Origin: Tubiluchus corallicola
Lineage: Eukaryota; Animalia; Priapulida
Assembly: GCA_030141605.1 (NCBI GenBank)
Contig: JAQGDQ010000873.1
Coordinates: 22,175 to 86,174, forward strand
DNA: 64,000 bases
Direction of reading: 5' to 3'
The notes beneath the pieces are model-generated. The model had not been told where the DNA came from. It searched no databases and saw nothing but the letters and a program-made list of their open reading frames with translations. Made by a program: the position numbers and the translations under genes. Shown piece by piece: positions 63,035 to 64,000 of the stretch. The stretch's first letter is position 1; each line of letters starts with the position of its first letter.

Positions 63035-64000
63035 TTATATTAATATTCTTGGTATATATATATATATATAAGATTCGAGGCTACAGCCCGGACGAGGGCA
63101 CCATTTGCGGCGATCTATACATCAAACGAAAGGTCTCGATCTAGTGTCGTCTCATTGGGGGTTTATTTTTCGAATCGGGCCCACCGGGAGAAACGGGGGG
63201 CGAAAAACCTCCAAAAATGGCCATTTTTCGGCCGTTTTTTGCAAAAGTTATACGGCTGAGATGTGGAGAACTGGAATGGGCCGAGGGTGGTGCTGGGTAT
63301 GGATAGATAGCCCGTTCAGCGGTGGGTGTCATAGGCCTATTTTGAATTCGCGAGAGGGCCACGGTGTCCCGCAACGGGCGTTTTCCAGGACCCAACTCGC
63401 GATTTTTTCGAAATTTTGACCAAACAGCCTGCGGAAAAAACGTTCTAGCGGCGCCTGGTGGGACTTTCGGAAGGAGATATACGGCTCTTTAGAAAGAGGA
63501 AGGACAGGGCTACACGATGATGTAGGCTATATGTTAGGGCAGGTCCATCGAGAGAAGTACCGACGAGTTAATTAGAGGTTCCATTTTCGGCAATTTTCGC
63601 TTAGAAAATTGCTGACGCAAAGGCATTGTTCTGACGTCATCCATTGTACTCTACTCTGCTTATAACTTTAATTCAGTAAAAGCTACAGGCTTTGCGTTAG
63701 TTAAACAAACAGTAGGCACGATGTTAAGGGCTTTGTGTTATAAATGAGGACTAGGTAGGATGTTCGCGTATTATTGATTACACGTGGTTTTTTACGCAAA
63801 ATCTTTTGCGGGGCCTTTGTTATTTATTATATTATAGCACATAGTTTCAACTTTGTGAAAAATGTTTGGAATGGTTTTGTTGTAATGCTGTGTTGTTGGT
63901 GCTTGTGCTATAGGTGTCATCATCATTGCCACCATCATCATCATGATCACCACGTGAGGTGGTGGATTTGATGTGGTGTGGTGGTGGTGTGTTTTGTGTG
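63035..64000 (+). mobile_element. Helitron tandem array copy 4 (lacks first 4 nt; runs off the window)
   Basis: Junction GGCTAG|TTATATTAATATTC; same body sequence. Confidence 0.88.

Overview
AT-rich animal DNA, most likely a protostome invertebrate because it carries divergent intronless ionotropic receptors; it is not prokaryotic. The whole window appears to lie inside a + strand CASK/lin-2 gene. Two small consecutive L27-region exons (36231-36308 and 56566-56649) match human CASK as recalled, and are separated by a 20.3-kb intron. The intron before the first of them (>36 kb, if the preceding exon lies outside the window) holds a nested, entirely antisense gene cluster. That cluster has two parts. 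First, four two-exon orphan genes encode secreted low-complexity proteins with strongly acidic and/or Arg/Lys-rich blocks; their signal peptides only appear after manual splicing or read-through, and one carries an in-frame TAG at codon 23. Second, a tandem birth-and-death array holds four intact intronless divergent IR/iGluR-like receptor genes, one full pseudogene and four remnants. The rest is intronic sequence with non-autonomous Helitrons (one solo copy, one fragment and a head-to-tail array of at least four non-identical copies), hAT/P/Kolobok-like MITEs with TSDs, LINE/SINE remnants and minisatellites. All family assignments come from motifs recognised by eye; no database searches were run.
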